From: a virus
Length of the DNA stretch: 64,000 nt
Direction: 5' to 3' (one strand)
IMG/VR virus record: IMGVR_UViG_3300044695_006482
Coordinates: 7,968 to 71,967 of that record
Positions 36,162-44,748 of the stretch are shown piece after piece; the stretch's first letter is position 1, and the number at the start of each line of letters is the position of its first letter. The notes below the pieces were generated by a model. The model was not told the DNA's origin. It saw only the letters and a program-made list of their open reading frames with translations, and did not search any database. Both the position numbers and the translations under genes were made by a program.

Positions 36162-36656
36162 GTGGTACTTACTCCGACTTTAGTACGCAGCGATGTTTTC
36201 ATTGGCAACAAAAAGCTGAACTGCGGTCCTGGCTCCAAGCCCTGTGGCAACGCCTGTATCCCCAAAGACCACAAGTGCAGGGCTTCGTGGAACAAGCCAG
36301 TCAAGCTGGCCGCCGGCGCAGCGGCTCTTACCGGGGCCGCAATCGTCGGCACTGCGTTTCTCCACCCGAGAGCGAACATGCGCAGCGCCGCTCGTTCTGT
36401 GATCGACCCGACCCTGCAGACCGGCTTCGGCATAGGCAATGTGGCCCGTGGCAACTGGGCCGGTGCTGCGAAGAACGCCGCCAACGTGGCAGCTACAGGC
36501 CAGGATCTCGGTAAGAACCTAGGCACCCTCGCTAAGGGCTACGGCACCGACATCAAAGGGGCAGTCAACCGAGGGCGTAACGCTGCGTTCAAGTGGCGCA
36601 ATCACCGCCCCGCAAAGCGTCGCGACTCCGTCTGGGCCGAGGGCTTCGCACCATGA
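36162..36656 (+). CDS. Modular head-associated protein (RxD/CGx3Ix5C family)
   Basis: LTPTLVRSD...CGNACIPKDHKC, TM helix, C-terminal RRDSVWAEGF. Confidence 0.8.
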   Translation: MVLTPTLVRSDVFIGNKKLNCGPGSKPCGNACIPKDHKCRASWNKPVKLAAGAAALTGAAIVGTAFLHPRANMRSAARSVIDPTLQTGFGIGNVARGNWAGAAKNAANVAATGQDLGKNLGTLAKGYGTDIKGAVNRGRNAAFKWRNHRPAKRRDSVWAEGFAP

Positions 36657-37597
36657 CGCTCACCCCTGCCTCGCTCCGCCTCGACGCCCCCGGCCGCGCC
36701 TGCGGCCAGGGCTTCATCTCCGCTGGCAAGACCTGCCGGCAAAAAGGCGCCTTCCCGACGGGCAAGGCCATCGCCGCGGGTCTAGGTGTGGCCGCCCTCG
36801 GTGTCGGGGCTTATGCGTTGTCCCGGCGTGGCAAGGGCGCCGCAACCTCCAGCAGCGGTGGCAGTTCCCCCTCCGGCCCTCCGCGCCTTCCGGGTCTGAC
36901 ACCTCGCGGTCTCCTCGCCGCCGCACCCCCGCGCAAGTCCAAGACCCAGCGCATGCGCGAGAACACCGCCGCCGCGGTGCGCAACGCCGAGGGTGCCATC
37001 GCTCAAACCGCCCGCGAAGAAGTCCGCCGCGTCGGCCAGATCGGCAACACCATGGCCACCGCCGGTGAAGCTGCGGGCATGGCCACCAAGACCACCCTGC
37101 GCGAACTCCGCCTGCGCACCGAGGCCGCCCGTCGTCGCTTTGAGCCTGGTTATCGCGCTCCGGACCAGCGCCGACTGCCCGGTGGGATCCAAGCCCAACT
37201 CCCCCAGAGCAACCAGCAGCCGGAGACCATCCCCTTCGACCCCCGCACTGGCCAGCCACGCCGGCGCAAACCCCGAGGCTTCGGTCGCACCGACAACTTC
37301 ATCCAGCACTACGCCCCAGTCCTGCTGCAGCCGCCGACACGCCGCGACGCTGAGGACGGCAAGAAGTACGCCAAGACCGTCACCAACCCCGAGACCGGAC
37401 GCAAGAACACCGTCCGCTATGGCGCCAAGGGCTACAAGATCGCCCCCGGCACGGACAAAGGCGACCGCTACTGCGCCCGCAGCTTTGGCGACATGAAATC
37501 CGAGGGCTACGACTGCTCCGGCGCTGAGCGCAACACGCCGCTGTGCCTCTCACGGGCGAAGTGGAAGTGCTCGGGCAAAGCCAGTCGCCGCTCCTGA
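36653..37597 (+). CDS. Modular head-associated protein (RxD/CGx3Ix5C family) with basic C-terminal domain
   Basis: LTPASLRLD...CGQGFISAGKTC, TM helix; C-terminal KKY...VRYGAKG...YCARS...W.C. Confidence 0.8.
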   Translation: MTLTPASLRLDAPGRACGQGFISAGKTCRQKGAFPTGKAIAAGLGVAALGVGAYALSRRGKGAATSSSGGSSPSGPPRLPGLTPRGLLAAAPPRKSKTQRMRENTAAAVRNAEGAIAQTAREEVRRVGQIGNTMATAGEAAGMATKTTLRELRLRTEAARRRFEPGYRAPDQRRLPGGIQAQLPQSNQQPETIPFDPRTGQPRRRKPRGFGRTDNFIQHYAPVLLQPPTRRDAEDGKKYAKTVTNPETGRKNTVRYGAKGYKIAPGTDKGDRYCARSFGDMKSEGYDCSGAERNTPLCLSRAKWKCSGKASRRS

Positions 37598-37607
37598 GCA
37601 GACTGAG

Positions 37608-37772
37608 GTGAAACCCGCCCATCCCCCCGAGCACGCCTTCACCCGCCTGTGGTTCTGGAACAGCGCCGGCGCTCAGACTCTGCTGTGCCCAGTGCACGAA
37701 GCTGCAGACATCAAGCGCCGCCTAATTGCCGAAGGTGCCGTTGTCTGGCACACAGAAGTGTATAACGCCTAG
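37608..37772 (+). CDS. Hypothetical protein (54 aa)
   Basis: GTG start; MKPAHPPEHAFTRLWFW... Confidence 0.5.
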   Translation: MKPAHPPEHAFTRLWFWNSAGAQTLLCPVHEAADIKRRLIAEGAVVWHTEVYNA

Positions 37773-37984
37773 ATCCCTACAATCAACTGCTCCAAAGTAA
37801 TCCTGTACAACTCAGCCAAAGCAAACAGCTTACTAATCGATACCTCAATCTCACCATGTTCCAACCTGCTGTAAGCAGCTTGGCTGACTCCTAGCACCTC
37901 TGCAACTTGCATTTGTGTCAGTCCAGCAGTAATACGCAGCATACGAATTCTGCGACATAGCTCCAGCTGCCTGTGAATGGCCAC
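37769..37984 (-). CDS. XRE-family HTH regulator
   Basis: IRMLR..AGLTQMQVAEVLGVSQAAYSRLEHG. Confidence 0.85.
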   Translation of the reverse strand: MAIHRQLELCRRIRMLRITAGLTQMQVAEVLGVSQAAYSRLEHGEIEVSISKLFALAELYRITLEQLIVGI

Positions 37985-38045
37985 ACCGCTGACTCGCTCA
38001 CCGTTTAAGGCTACTCACTACACCGAAACCACGTAATCTGACGCC

Positions 38046-39338
38046 ATGGAAACGTCTGTTTCTCGTTACGACTTCGCGCCCATCACGGGAAGCGAAACCA
38101 CCGAGGAGGGTTACCTCCGCGTCTGGTGTCGTGCGGCGCGCACGGGGACCCAGCTCTACCGACGTGCAGACGGCTCTCAAGTTCGGGAATACCGCCCGCC
38201 GGAGGAGGTCAGCAACCCTGACTCCCTCACGACGTTCGGCATGAAACCCGCGACCTGGGGCCACCCCCCGGTCCTGCTCGATTCGGCGAACACCAAGCAG
38301 TTCCAGATCGGCTACTCCGGTAGCCAGGTCCGGTACAACGACGGTTTCGTCGAAGTCGCCCTGGTTGTCACCGACCAAGACGCCATCGAGAAGATCAAGC
38401 GCAAGGACGCCACCGAGGTGTCCGCCGGCTACAAAGTCGACTTCGACCCCACCCCCGGTCTTACCCCCGAGGGCGAGGAGTACGCCGGCGTCCAGCGCAA
38501 CATCCGGGTCAACCACATCGCCATCGTTCCCCGCGGCCGGGCTGGCCCGGAGGTTCGACTCCTAATGGATCGCATGGATGCGGCCGACGCCGTCTCCTTC
38601 GATCCCGAGTGGATCCGCGACAGCGGATCGGCGCTCCAGCCCTGTCAACCTGCATCTCCCGTTATGGCCACCGTCAAACTCGACGGCCTGGAGATCGATC
38701 TGCCCGCAGAAGCAGCCACCGCGGTCCAGTCCTTCGCACGGGACATGGGGCGCCAACTCAAAGCTGTGACTGACGAGCGCGACGAGCTTTCTTCCAAGCT
38801 CGACGCCCTCCAAGCAGATCTCGACTCCCTCTCCTTCGAGAAAGAAACCGCTGAAGGCCGCGCCGACGCCCTCGAAGAGCGCCTGGCCGAAGTCGACGCC
38901 GGCGCAAGTCGCATCGACACCGCCGAGCTCGACCAACTCGTCGCCGCCCGCCTCGCCACCCTGCAGAAGCTGGCTCCCGCATTCGCCGAAGACTTCCACT
39001 TCGACGGCATCGACGACGCCGCTCTGTACACCCAAGCCTTCGAGAACCTCACCGGCTCCGCCCCCCGCGAAGACGCTGAGCCCGCCTACATCCAGGGCGT
39101 CGTGGAGGGCATCCTTGCCGCTCGCGCCGACTCCGAGGACGGCGACGAAGAGGAAGGCGATGACACCGAGGACGCCGGCGACGGCGAAGCCAAGGAAGAC
39201 TCTGCCGACCGCGCCGACAGCACCGCCAACCTGCGCGATGCCCTCAAGGGCGCCGGCCGCAGTCCCGCTTCCCCGGTGGACACCTACCGCGCGAAGCAGG
39301 CGGATGCCTGGAAGCGTCCCCTCACTGCCACCAAGTAA
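38046..39338 (+). CDS. Prohead protease/scaffold (DUF2213 type)
   Basis: TEEGYL...ARTG.Q.Y, YRPPEEV, T.GHP, EVSAGY, QRNI.VNHIAIV.RGRAG; acidic coiled-coil C-terminus. Confidence 0.88.
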   Translation: METSVSRYDFAPITGSETTEEGYLRVWCRAARTGTQLYRRADGSQVREYRPPEEVSNPDSLTTFGMKPATWGHPPVLLDSANTKQFQIGYSGSQVRYNDGFVEVALVVTDQDAIEKIKRKDATEVSAGYKVDFDPTPGLTPEGEEYAGVQRNIRVNHIAIVPRGRAGPEVRLLMDRMDAADAVSFDPEWIRDSGSALQPCQPASPVMATVKLDGLEIDLPAEAATAVQSFARDMGRQLKAVTDERDELSSKLDALQADLDSLSFEKETAEGRADALEERLAEVDAGASRIDTAELDQLVAARLATLQKLAPAFAEDFHFDGIDDAALYTQAFENLTGSAPREDAEPAYIQGVVEGILAARADSEDGDEEEGDDTEDAGDGEAKEDSADRADSTANLRDALKGAGRSPASPVDTYRAKQADAWKRPLTATK

Positions 39339-39350
39339 GGAGCTCCTGCC

Positions 39351-39959
39351 ATGCCCGTTACGTTCACCCCCACCACCGTCACCAACCCCTCCGGCGCTCA
39401 GGGCAGCTACCCGCTGCGCGAGGCCGTAGGCCACGAGGGCGGCATTGCTGATCTGCAGGCTTATGTCTGCCGCAGCTACCGCAACCAGTCCGGCGCCGCG
39501 ATCCCGTTCGGGAGCCTGGTGATGACGGACAACGCCCCCACCACCAACGATCCGTACGCCGTTGAGCTGGCGACCGGCATCACCCTGATTCAGGGCATCG
39601 CTGTCCACTCCCTGGTCACTGAGGGCACCACCCTCGGTGCTGCTTACACCCCGATCCCGACTCCTTACTTCTCCGACGGCCGCATCGGCTATCCGGACAA
39701 GGAGACCGTCAACGTCGTCTCGAAAGGCGTTGTCTGGGTGTTCTCCGTCGATGCAATTGCACTCGGCGACGCGGTCCGCTTCTACAAAGCCGACCACTCC
39801 GGCACAACTGCTGGCGCCTTCCATGGCCGCTTCGGCAAAACCGCCGTGGCGACGAAGACTGTTGCAGTCGCAGGCGCACGCTGGCTGTCGGAAACCACTG
39901 CCGCAGGTCTGGTTCTCCTCGAGCTGGACATCCCCGGTCAGACCTACACCGCCGACTGA
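39351..39959 (+). CDS. Capsid decoration/cement protein
   Basis: Between scaffold and capsid; IPFG..V, V.V..KG.VWV motifs. Confidence 0.75.
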   Translation: MPVTFTPTTVTNPSGAQGSYPLREAVGHEGGIADLQAYVCRSYRNQSGAAIPFGSLVMTDNAPTTNDPYAVELATGITLIQGIAVHSLVTEGTTLGAAYTPIPTPYFSDGRIGYPDKETVNVVSKGVVWVFSVDAIALGDAVRFYKADHSGTTAGAFHGRFGKTAVATKTVAVAGARWLSETTAAGLVLLELDIPGQTYTAD

Positions 39960-39974
39960 CGGAGACCCTCCCCC

Positions 39975-40892
39975 ATGACCACCGAAATCCGCAACGACGA
40001 GGTCGGCGTCTTTCTCGCCCGTGAGCTTGAGACCATTCTCAGCCGCACGTTCGAGGTCGAGTACGCCGACATCAAGTACAGCCAGCTGATCCCGATCTCC
40101 ACCGAGGTCGGTCCTGGCGCTGACTCCTTCACTTATCGCGTCTTCGACAAGCAAGGCTCGATGAAGGTGATCAGCGACAAGGCCCAAGACCTGCCCCGCG
40201 CTGACGTGCTCCGCAAGGAAGTCACCCTGCCGGTTCGCAGCATTGGTGGCTCCTTCGCCTACACCATCCAGGAAACCCGTGCCGCCGCCATGGTGCCCGG
40301 CATGAACCTGGAGCAGCGCCGCGCCAACGCTGTGCGCCGGGCCTACGAGGAGAAGATGCAGGAGATCGCCTACTTCGGCGACGCTGCCTCGGGCATGAAG
40401 GGCTTCTTCAACAACGACCAAGTCGACAAGCTTGTCCCTGACAAGTGGTTCGATGGTGGCAGCACCACCACCGACGAGATGCTGTCGTTGCTGAACGAGG
40501 TGCCCACCCGCCTCGTGCAGAACTCCAACATGAAGGAGATGCCCAACACGATGCTGGTGCCCTACAACGTGTACCGCATCATCTCCACCACCCCGAGGTC
40601 GACCACCTCGGACACCACCGTGATGGAGTTCTACCTGCGCACCAACCCGATGATCACGGCGATCGAGCCCATCAACGAGCTCGAAGCCTCCAAGTCGGGT
40701 GGCGCCCTGTCCAAGGACCGCATCCTGGTGTACGACCGCAGCCCGGACAAGCTGCAGCTGCACGTCCCGCAGCCGCTGGAGTTCCTGCCTCCTCTGCGTC
40801 AGGCCCTCGAGTTCACGGTGGCCGCCCACGCCCGCGTTGGTGGTCTCTCGCTCTACTACCCCAAGAGCGCGATGGTGCTGGAAAAGGCTTGA
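39975..40892 (+). CDS. Major capsid protein (DUF2184 type)
   Basis: FLARELE.I, G.F.YTIQE.RAA, AYFGD....GFFN; strong codon bias; position in head module. Confidence 0.9.
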   Translation: MTTEIRNDEVGVFLARELETILSRTFEVEYADIKYSQLIPISTEVGPGADSFTYRVFDKQGSMKVISDKAQDLPRADVLRKEVTLPVRSIGGSFAYTIQETRAAAMVPGMNLEQRRANAVRRAYEEKMQEIAYFGDAASGMKGFFNNDQVDKLVPDKWFDGGSTTTDEMLSLLNEVPTRLVQNSNMKEMPNTMLVPYNVYRIISTTPRSTTSDTTVMEFYLRTNPMITAIEPINELEASKSGGALSKDRILVYDRSPDKLQLHVPQPLEFLPPLRQALEFTVAAHARVGGLSLYYPKSAMVLEKA

Positions 40893-40950
40893 TCTTTCTC
40901 GCCTTTTCCCACCTACCCTGAATGGGTTGCACTGTTCTTCACACCTAGTC

Positions 40951-41364
40951 ATGATCATCGTTTACCGCCCTGAACTTGAAAACCCTCCGATGGACAAGGA
41001 GTGCACCATCGGCTTCTCGTTCGTCGATGGCGGCGGCCTTCCTGATCACATCCAAGTCACCTCGGGCGTCACCCGTGACTTCCCCGAGGACACCTGGGAC
41101 AGGATCAAGGACTACGACGTGGTCAAGAACCTCCTCTCCCTCGGCGCCCTGCGCGTCCAGGACGAGGAGCCCGCGGCCGAGGCCACGACGACCCCAGTCG
41201 CGCACGACTCCATCGCCGACCTGCCCCTCACCGAGGCCATGAACCTCGTGGAGGCCAGCTTCGACCTGGACCAACTGCGCCGCTGGGACGCCAAGGACTC
41301 CCGCATCCGGTTGAAGAACGCCATCGCCAAGCGCATCAGCGCCATCACTGAAGGCAACGGCTGA
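40951..41364 (+). CDS. Hypothetical head-associated protein
   Basis: Lies directly after the major capsid gene. Confidence 0.7.
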   Translation: MIIVYRPELENPPMDKECTIGFSFVDGGGLPDHIQVTSGVTRDFPEDTWDRIKDYDVVKNLLSLGALRVQDEEPAAEATTTPVAHDSIADLPLTEAMNLVEASFDLDQLRRWDAKDSRIRLKNAIAKRISAITEGNG

Positions 41365-41672
41365 TGGCAGTCCCCACGTCCAGTGCCTTGCTCCTCCGCT
41401 TCCCCGAGTTCGGCGAGCAATCGCTCTCGGTGGTCGAAGGGGCGCTGACCGAGGCCGGGCGTTCCGCTCCGGTCACTACGTGGGGAACTGTCCACACCGA
41501 AGCCGTCAGCTACCTGGCGGCCCATCTGCTCGCCACCCGGACGATGCAGATCGGCCAACAGGTTGGCTCACCCTCCGGCACCCCCATGGGCACTGGTTTC
41601 GCCACCACGCTCTACGGCCAGGAGTACAAGCGGCTGCTCGACAGCCTCCCTCTCAGCGGCTTCGCCCTCTGA
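41364..41672 (+). CDS. Head-tail adaptor (DUF4054-like)
   Basis: RFPEF, YLAAHLL, TLYGQEY.RL. Confidence 0.82.
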   Translation: MAVPTSSALLLRFPEFGEQSLSVVEGALTEAGRSAPVTTWGTVHTEAVSYLAAHLLATRTMQIGQQVGSPSGTPMGTGFATTLYGQEYKRLLDSLPLSGFAL

Positions 41673-41674
41673 CC

Positions 41675-42073
41675 ATGGCAATCCCGGCAAGCACGGTTTC
41701 CGCCTACGCGCCTTGGGGTAATGCCCAGCTGGCGTTTGAAGTGGGCACCGGTTACGCCGCCACGGATGCCGCCACGGGCAACGCGGTCCAGGCCACTGAG
41801 GTGATCGAGTACCTCGCCGCCCTCAGTCTCCAGGCCCCAAATTGGAAGCCCGAGAGCGGCGTCGATGGCACGACCTACGCCTGCCGTGGTCGCCTACTGA
41901 GCCCGGCAACCCTCGACCCGCGGATCACGAACGGCGCGCAAGCCGAAGCCGTGGTCAACGGCTACCGCGGGCGCTTCGAGCTGGTCTTCGACCTGGCAAT
42001 GGACGCAGCTCACCGCCGCGACCTGCGCCAGTCGATCGAAGGCACGTTCCGCGTCGTCGGAGGTCCGACCTGA
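41675..42073 (+). CDS. Head closure/neck protein (putative)
   Basis: Position in the neck module. Confidence 0.6.
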   Translation: MAIPASTVSAYAPWGNAQLAFEVGTGYAATDAATGNAVQATEVIEYLAALSLQAPNWKPESGVDGTTYACRGRLLSPATLDPRITNGAQAEAVVNGYRGRFELVFDLAMDAAHRRDLRQSIEGTFRVVGGPT

Positions 42074-42447
42074 TGCCCGCCCCCAAGCGCCAACTCAGCC
42101 AGGCCCTCGAGAACGCCACCGCGCAGGCGGTGCGCCAACTCGGCACCTGGCTCGACGCCCGCTTCACCCAGGAGATCTCCGAGGTGAAGTGGCCCTACCC
42201 GACACCTCCCAAGGTGCGGGACATCGTGGACACCGGCCGCCTGCGCGCCAGTCAGACACGCGTCGTCAACTCTGACGGCTCTGTGACTTTCACCTGGCCC
42301 GTGGAGTACGCCAGCCAAGTCCACGAGGGCGGAGTCTCCACCGAGGGGCTTCGCTTTCCCGGCCGACCCTGGACGAAGGCCCCTCTCGAGGAGGCCCCGG
42401 CCAAGTTCGGCCAGCTGTTGCGCTCCGCCCTGGAGGCACAGCAATGA
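42073..42447 (+). CDS. Neck protein, HK97 gp10-like
   Basis: VDTGRLRAS, EYA..VHEG, RPW. Confidence 0.78.
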   Translation: MPAPKRQLSQALENATAQAVRQLGTWLDARFTQEISEVKWPYPTPPKVRDIVDTGRLRASQTRVVNSDGSVTFTWPVEYASQVHEGGVSTEGLRFPGRPWTKAPLEEAPAKFGQLLRSALEAQQ

Positions 42448-42917
42448 CGATCTCGACGGCCTACCCACCGGTCACGCTGCTGCGCAGCAACCTTGAGCGC
42501 TACGTCCTCGACCTGTTCGAGGCCAATAGCTCCACTCTCAAGGCGTACACGGCATGGCCCGGCTACTACACGCTGCCTGACCGTAGCCGCATCCCCGCGG
42601 TCTACGTCACCGGTGCTTCGATGGTCCCCTCGAACTGGACCATCACCGGCATCGAATGCGTCATCGAGGACGTCCCCACGATCACAAGCCCCGGTTCGTA
42701 CACCGGCGTCCTCTCCTTTGAGAGCTGGAACGTCCGCTTCACGAACTACGGCACAAATCAAGGCACGCGCATGCCGGTTTCGATGCTCGACATCAGCCGG
42801 CGCATGGCGCGCGCCTTTCCACGGGACCCAGTCACGTACATGGCCCGGACCGAGGTCACCTTCGAGGCCCTCACGGCCCGCATCCGCGGGGCCGTTCTGA
42901 ACCCCCCGATCCCCTAA
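42444..42917 (+). CDS. Tail terminator (putative)
   Basis: Lies directly before the major tail gene. Confidence 0.6.
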   Translation: MTISTAYPPVTLLRSNLERYVLDLFEANSSTLKAYTAWPGYYTLPDRSRIPAVYVTGASMVPSNWTITGIECVIEDVPTITSPGSYTGVLSFESWNVRFTNYGTNQGTRMPVSMLDISRRMARAFPRDPVTYMARTEVTFEALTARIRGAVLNPPIP

Positions 42918-42929
42918 GGAGTCACCACC

Positions 42930-43919
42930 ATGGCCGACTACGCCATCGGGCTGTCGTTCCACAAGGCTCACCGGACCCTGGTCCGCGCCGTGGAACTGGT
43001 CGCCCCCGCCCGCTACTTCGCAAACCGTGACAGCGCTGGCAACATCACGCTGCCGTCGCTGGCAACCGGTTTCAGCTACATCGAGCTGCAGGGCCTGACC
43101 CAGGCCAACTTCCAGATCAACGACAACAACCAGGAGTTCCGCCTGCTGGGTGATGACGGCTGGATGGACTCGGTGATCACCGGAGCATCGGTGCAAGCCT
43201 CGTGCACGGGCTACTTCCTGCGTCAGACCGAGATCCCGAGCGGCGCCACCACGCCGAGCTACTTCGGCAACTACGACGAGGGCTTTGACCTCATCCAGCG
43301 CGCCCGCTACGACAAGAGCTTCGAGATCTACATCGAGTTCTTGAAGGAGCTGGGCCAGGCCAATGGCAGCACCGGCAACTTCATCTACGACTTCACCGGC
43401 TTCAACGCCGTCATCCAGAACTACTCCGAGAACGTCACGGCTGAAGGTCTCACCGAGATCTCCTTTGACCTGATGTCCCGCGGTCGTCCTGTGTTCGGCA
43501 AGTACGACGCCGGCTCCACCGCGCTGAACTTCGGCGCTGTGCAGGCCAGCCTGCTGTTCCTGGTGGCCGGCACCCGTCAGGTGGCCTACAGCCCCGCGGA
43601 CAACACCAGTGCAGTGGTGACGTCGTCCACAGTGACGGCCACCTACACGAGCAACGGCAGCGTTGCCCTCGCTGGCCTCGCACTGGGCCAGACCGATGGT
43701 TCCGGCTTCCGTCTGGAAGTCGCCTCCTCCGGTGTGCGCGTCCCCGCGACCGTCGCCCTCGGTGGTGCCGGCACCAACGTCGTCACCCTCACCCCGAGCT
43801 CGGCACTGGCTGCGGCCACCATCTACCGCCTGAAGGTCGCCGACGGCGCCATCACGCAAGTGGTGGGTGGCGTGCGGCGCCCGATCCAAGGCGGTGTGAT
43901 CGAGTTCCGGACCGCTTGA
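42930..43919 (+). CDS. Major tail tube protein with C-terminal Ig-like domain
   Basis: AAGGAG SD; strong codon bias; SPADN...VTLTP...L....Y.L.V Ig-like repeat; terminator follows. Confidence 0.82.
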   Translation: MADYAIGLSFHKAHRTLVRAVELVAPARYFANRDSAGNITLPSLATGFSYIELQGLTQANFQINDNNQEFRLLGDDGWMDSVITGASVQASCTGYFLRQTEIPSGATTPSYFGNYDEGFDLIQRARYDKSFEIYIEFLKELGQANGSTGNFIYDFTGFNAVIQNYSENVTAEGLTEISFDLMSRGRPVFGKYDAGSTALNFGAVQASLLFLVAGTRQVAYSPADNTSAVVTSSTVTATYTSNGSVALAGLALGQTDGSGFRLEVASSGVRVPATVALGGAGTNVVTLTPSSALAAATIYRLKVADGAITQVVGGVRRPIQGGVIEFRTA

Positions 43920-43941
43920 TCCAGTCGAACGATCGCCCTAT

Positions 43942-43964
43942 GGCCCCTACCAAGGGGCCTTTTT
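43942..43964 (+). terminator. Intrinsic terminator
   Basis: GGCCCCT-ACCA-AGGGGCC-TTTTT. Confidence 0.8.
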
Positions 43965-43970
43965 ATTGCC

Positions 43971-44237
43971 ATGAACTACGACCTGCTCGTCGAACCCGAA
44001 ACAAGCTGCGTGTACGCGGTGAACTGCCGAGTGGAGGACTCCACGCTCCACTGTGGAGCCCTCTATCTCGAACCCCAGATCCCGGACCAGCATATACGCT
44101 TAGCGTATGGCGACGCTAGATTTGAGGTTGAACTTCCGACGGAGCTGATCAACCGGCCAGACCCGTACAGGGCGTGGCAGGTTGCTCTACCACTACGCGA
44201 TGAGCAAGTACGCCAGCCTTCTGTTCCCGGCCGATAA
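43971..44237 (+). CDS. Hypothetical protein
   Basis: 88-aa ORF between the major tail gene and the chaperone. Confidence 0.55.
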   Translation: MNYDLLVEPETSCVYAVNCRVEDSTLHCGALYLEPQIPDQHIRLAYGDARFEVELPTELINRPDPYRAWQVALPLRDEQVRQPSVPGR

Positions 44238-44748
44238 GTACCACGAGATCGGACCTTTTCGTTTTCCTGTGTACAACGACCTCGTCCCTGGTGAGGCCAA
44301 ACAGATCGAGGCTATTTCGCGTAAACAGTCCAGGTCGACATTCGCGTCAATCAAACTGGCGCAGCGTATTGCTAAAGACAAGAGCATCAGCACGAAAGAA
44401 GCTATCGAGCTGCTTGGCAACACCAGCGAAGAAAATCAAGACCTCCTCTACGACTACGCCGCCGAGCTCGAGGAGCTCCAGAAGAACAGTGTCGGCGCCG
44501 TCGAGCAGCAGGTTGCCTTCGTGACCCTGTTCATGCAGTACCGGGCCGAGGTCAAGCTCCCCAAGGCCAAGGACTGGCAGCGCCTTGAGGACTGGACCGA
44601 AGCCGACACCGAAGCCATGCCCTCAAAGCTGATGGAGGACGTGTTCCGCATGATCGGCTGGGAACGTGACGGCTGGCCGAAGCCCGAAGCAGAGGGAAAG
44701 CCCGAGGACGAGGAGCAGGAGTTCAGCCCTCCCCCGACGAGATCCTGA
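44200..44748 (+). CDS. Tail assembly chaperone (gpG-like)
   Basis: Position upstream of tape measure; contains the slippery site G GGA AAG at 44694-44700. Confidence 0.8.
   Translation: MSKYASLLFPADKYHEIGPFRFPVYNDLVPGEAKQIEAISRKQSRSTFASIKLAQRIAKDKSISTKEAIELLGNTSEENQDLLYDYAAELEELQKNSVGAVEQQVAFVTLFMQYRAEVKLPKAKDWQRLEDWTEADTEAMPSKLMEDVFRMIGWERDGWPKPEAEGKPEDEEQEFSPPPTRS

Noticed and set aside
39975-40892. Encapsulin/linocin nanocompartment
   Set aside because: The shared HK97 fold explains any resemblance; terminase, portal and tail context show a phage capsid.
38562-40958. 798-aa minus-strand ORF, and similar long antisense ORFs (6261..7670, 21015..22070, 30102..31079, 35070..36146, 42252..43889)
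   Set aside because: These are shadows of strongly GC3-biased genes on the opposite strand; they show no motifs, and the sense genes are clearly identifiable.
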